NCBI GenBank assembly: GCA_051362555.1
Contig: CM120640.1
Span: 25,902,225 to 25,966,224 of the forward strand
Source of the DNA: Lingula anatina
Taxonomy: Eukaryota; Animalia; Brachiopoda
Direction: 5' to 3'
DNA: 64,000 nt
Positions 62,891 through 64,000 of the stretch are shown one piece after another. The translations under genes were made by a program, and so were the position numbers. The notes under the pieces are model-generated. The model ran no database searches. It had not been told where the DNA came from and was given only the letters and a program-made list of their open reading frames with translations. Numbering within the stretch: the first letter of the stretch is position 1; each line of letters opens with the position of its first letter.

Positions 62891-64000
62891 AAGATCATAA
62901 GTTAGTTTCATTTTACCTTCCTACTATCAATACTGAATTCTAACACATCAGTCTCATGAAAAAGCATAGATATCTGCATCTGTTTAGTAACAATAAAAGC
63001 TTAGTGTTACATCATGTTGTCACAACACATACTTTATCATTTCAAATATTACCTTTGCCTCAATCAAGGTGGACCTTCAACCAAAACATAATTAGCAGCA
63101 CATCCTATCAAATCTGCCTCCAGGTAGGGTAAACCCTTATATCACAGTTGCATAATCTGAAGTGGTTACTTCCTGGGGTTAAGCTGTTTACTACCCAGAC
63201 TGACTCCATCAGATCTAAACAGTTTATAGATAGCTGATCACTAGGAGTAATCATCAACCTTTGATGGACTAGGCAAAAATAGCCAGGTAACACAAATCAT
63301 CAAAATCATGCCCTAAACTAAGCCATCTATAATACATTCAATTTGAAAAGAAATCTGAAAAAAAAACCTACATTTACATAATGTAACATATTAAGTTGGT
63401 GGTTTTCTGAGGAACTTATATTTGGAAAACAATTACACATTATCTTCAGGAATAATGTTATTCACTCATACTTTCAAAGTAAATTTCATTCTTAGATTAA
63501 GATTCATTAGATATACTTTTTACAAACTTGATGCGTAAAGATTTAATCCAAATATTGACTGTTATAGCCACTACTATTTCTTTTTCAGCCAGATACAAAA
63601 ACAGATAGATCAAATTTCACAATGATTTCTGTTATACATTAAAGATACCTTTTCCCCATAAAATGACAAATGTCAGTCATACAATGAGTTTTGTTTGACT
63701 AATATAACCTACCTTGCACAGACATGTTATACACATGCATAAATGTTCTACATGCAATAAAATGGTTCATACAGCAACATAAGTGGTGGATTTTTTGCAA
63801 TAAGCTAGGAGGTTGCAATAAAATATGCTTATGTGAATTATCAGGCAATGTGGGAGTAAACTTGCATGAAATAATATAAAAAAATATGTTGCAAACACAT
63901 TTATTTCCTGGTCTAGTTGCTGCCACTTATGTTGAGTAAGAGATGTTTGTCAATCCTTTGTTATCGTTTTGTATCTGGGTAACAAGACATTTGCTGTTAT

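Overview
Animal (invertebrate-type, AT-rich, spliceosomal-intron) genomic DNA; nothing prokaryotic. It holds four protein-coding genes, with exons assembled by hand from GT-AG sites and reading-frame phase. (1) The 3' part of a DAPK1-like gene (+, 1..21398: ankyrin repeats, ROC-COR, death domain; kinase exons lie upstream of the window). (2) A class-A peptide-type GPCR with a single coding exon (-, 24139..25329). (3) A complete KHDC4/KIAA0907/BLOM7 splicing-factor gene (-, 18 exons, 31039..40789, 909 aa). (4) A RASL12-like small GTPase (-, 42577..56361). The KHDC4 locus is the most interesting part. It has an intronic H/ACA guide RNA whose two pockets match the U2 snRNA positions Psi41 and Psi39 (SCARNA4/ACA26-like), a candidate in-frame 33-nt microexon enclosed by an RNA stem, candidate poison exons, and a tandem triplication of the conserved C-terminal coding motif plus stop codon. 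Mobile DNA includes a 3.1-kb non-autonomous Foldback-like element, several MITE-like palindromes, and a complete non-autonomous Helentron (HINE) carrying a 13-copy 146-bp satellite with higher-order structure. Family assignments rest on recalled protein/RNA motifs; no database search was run.
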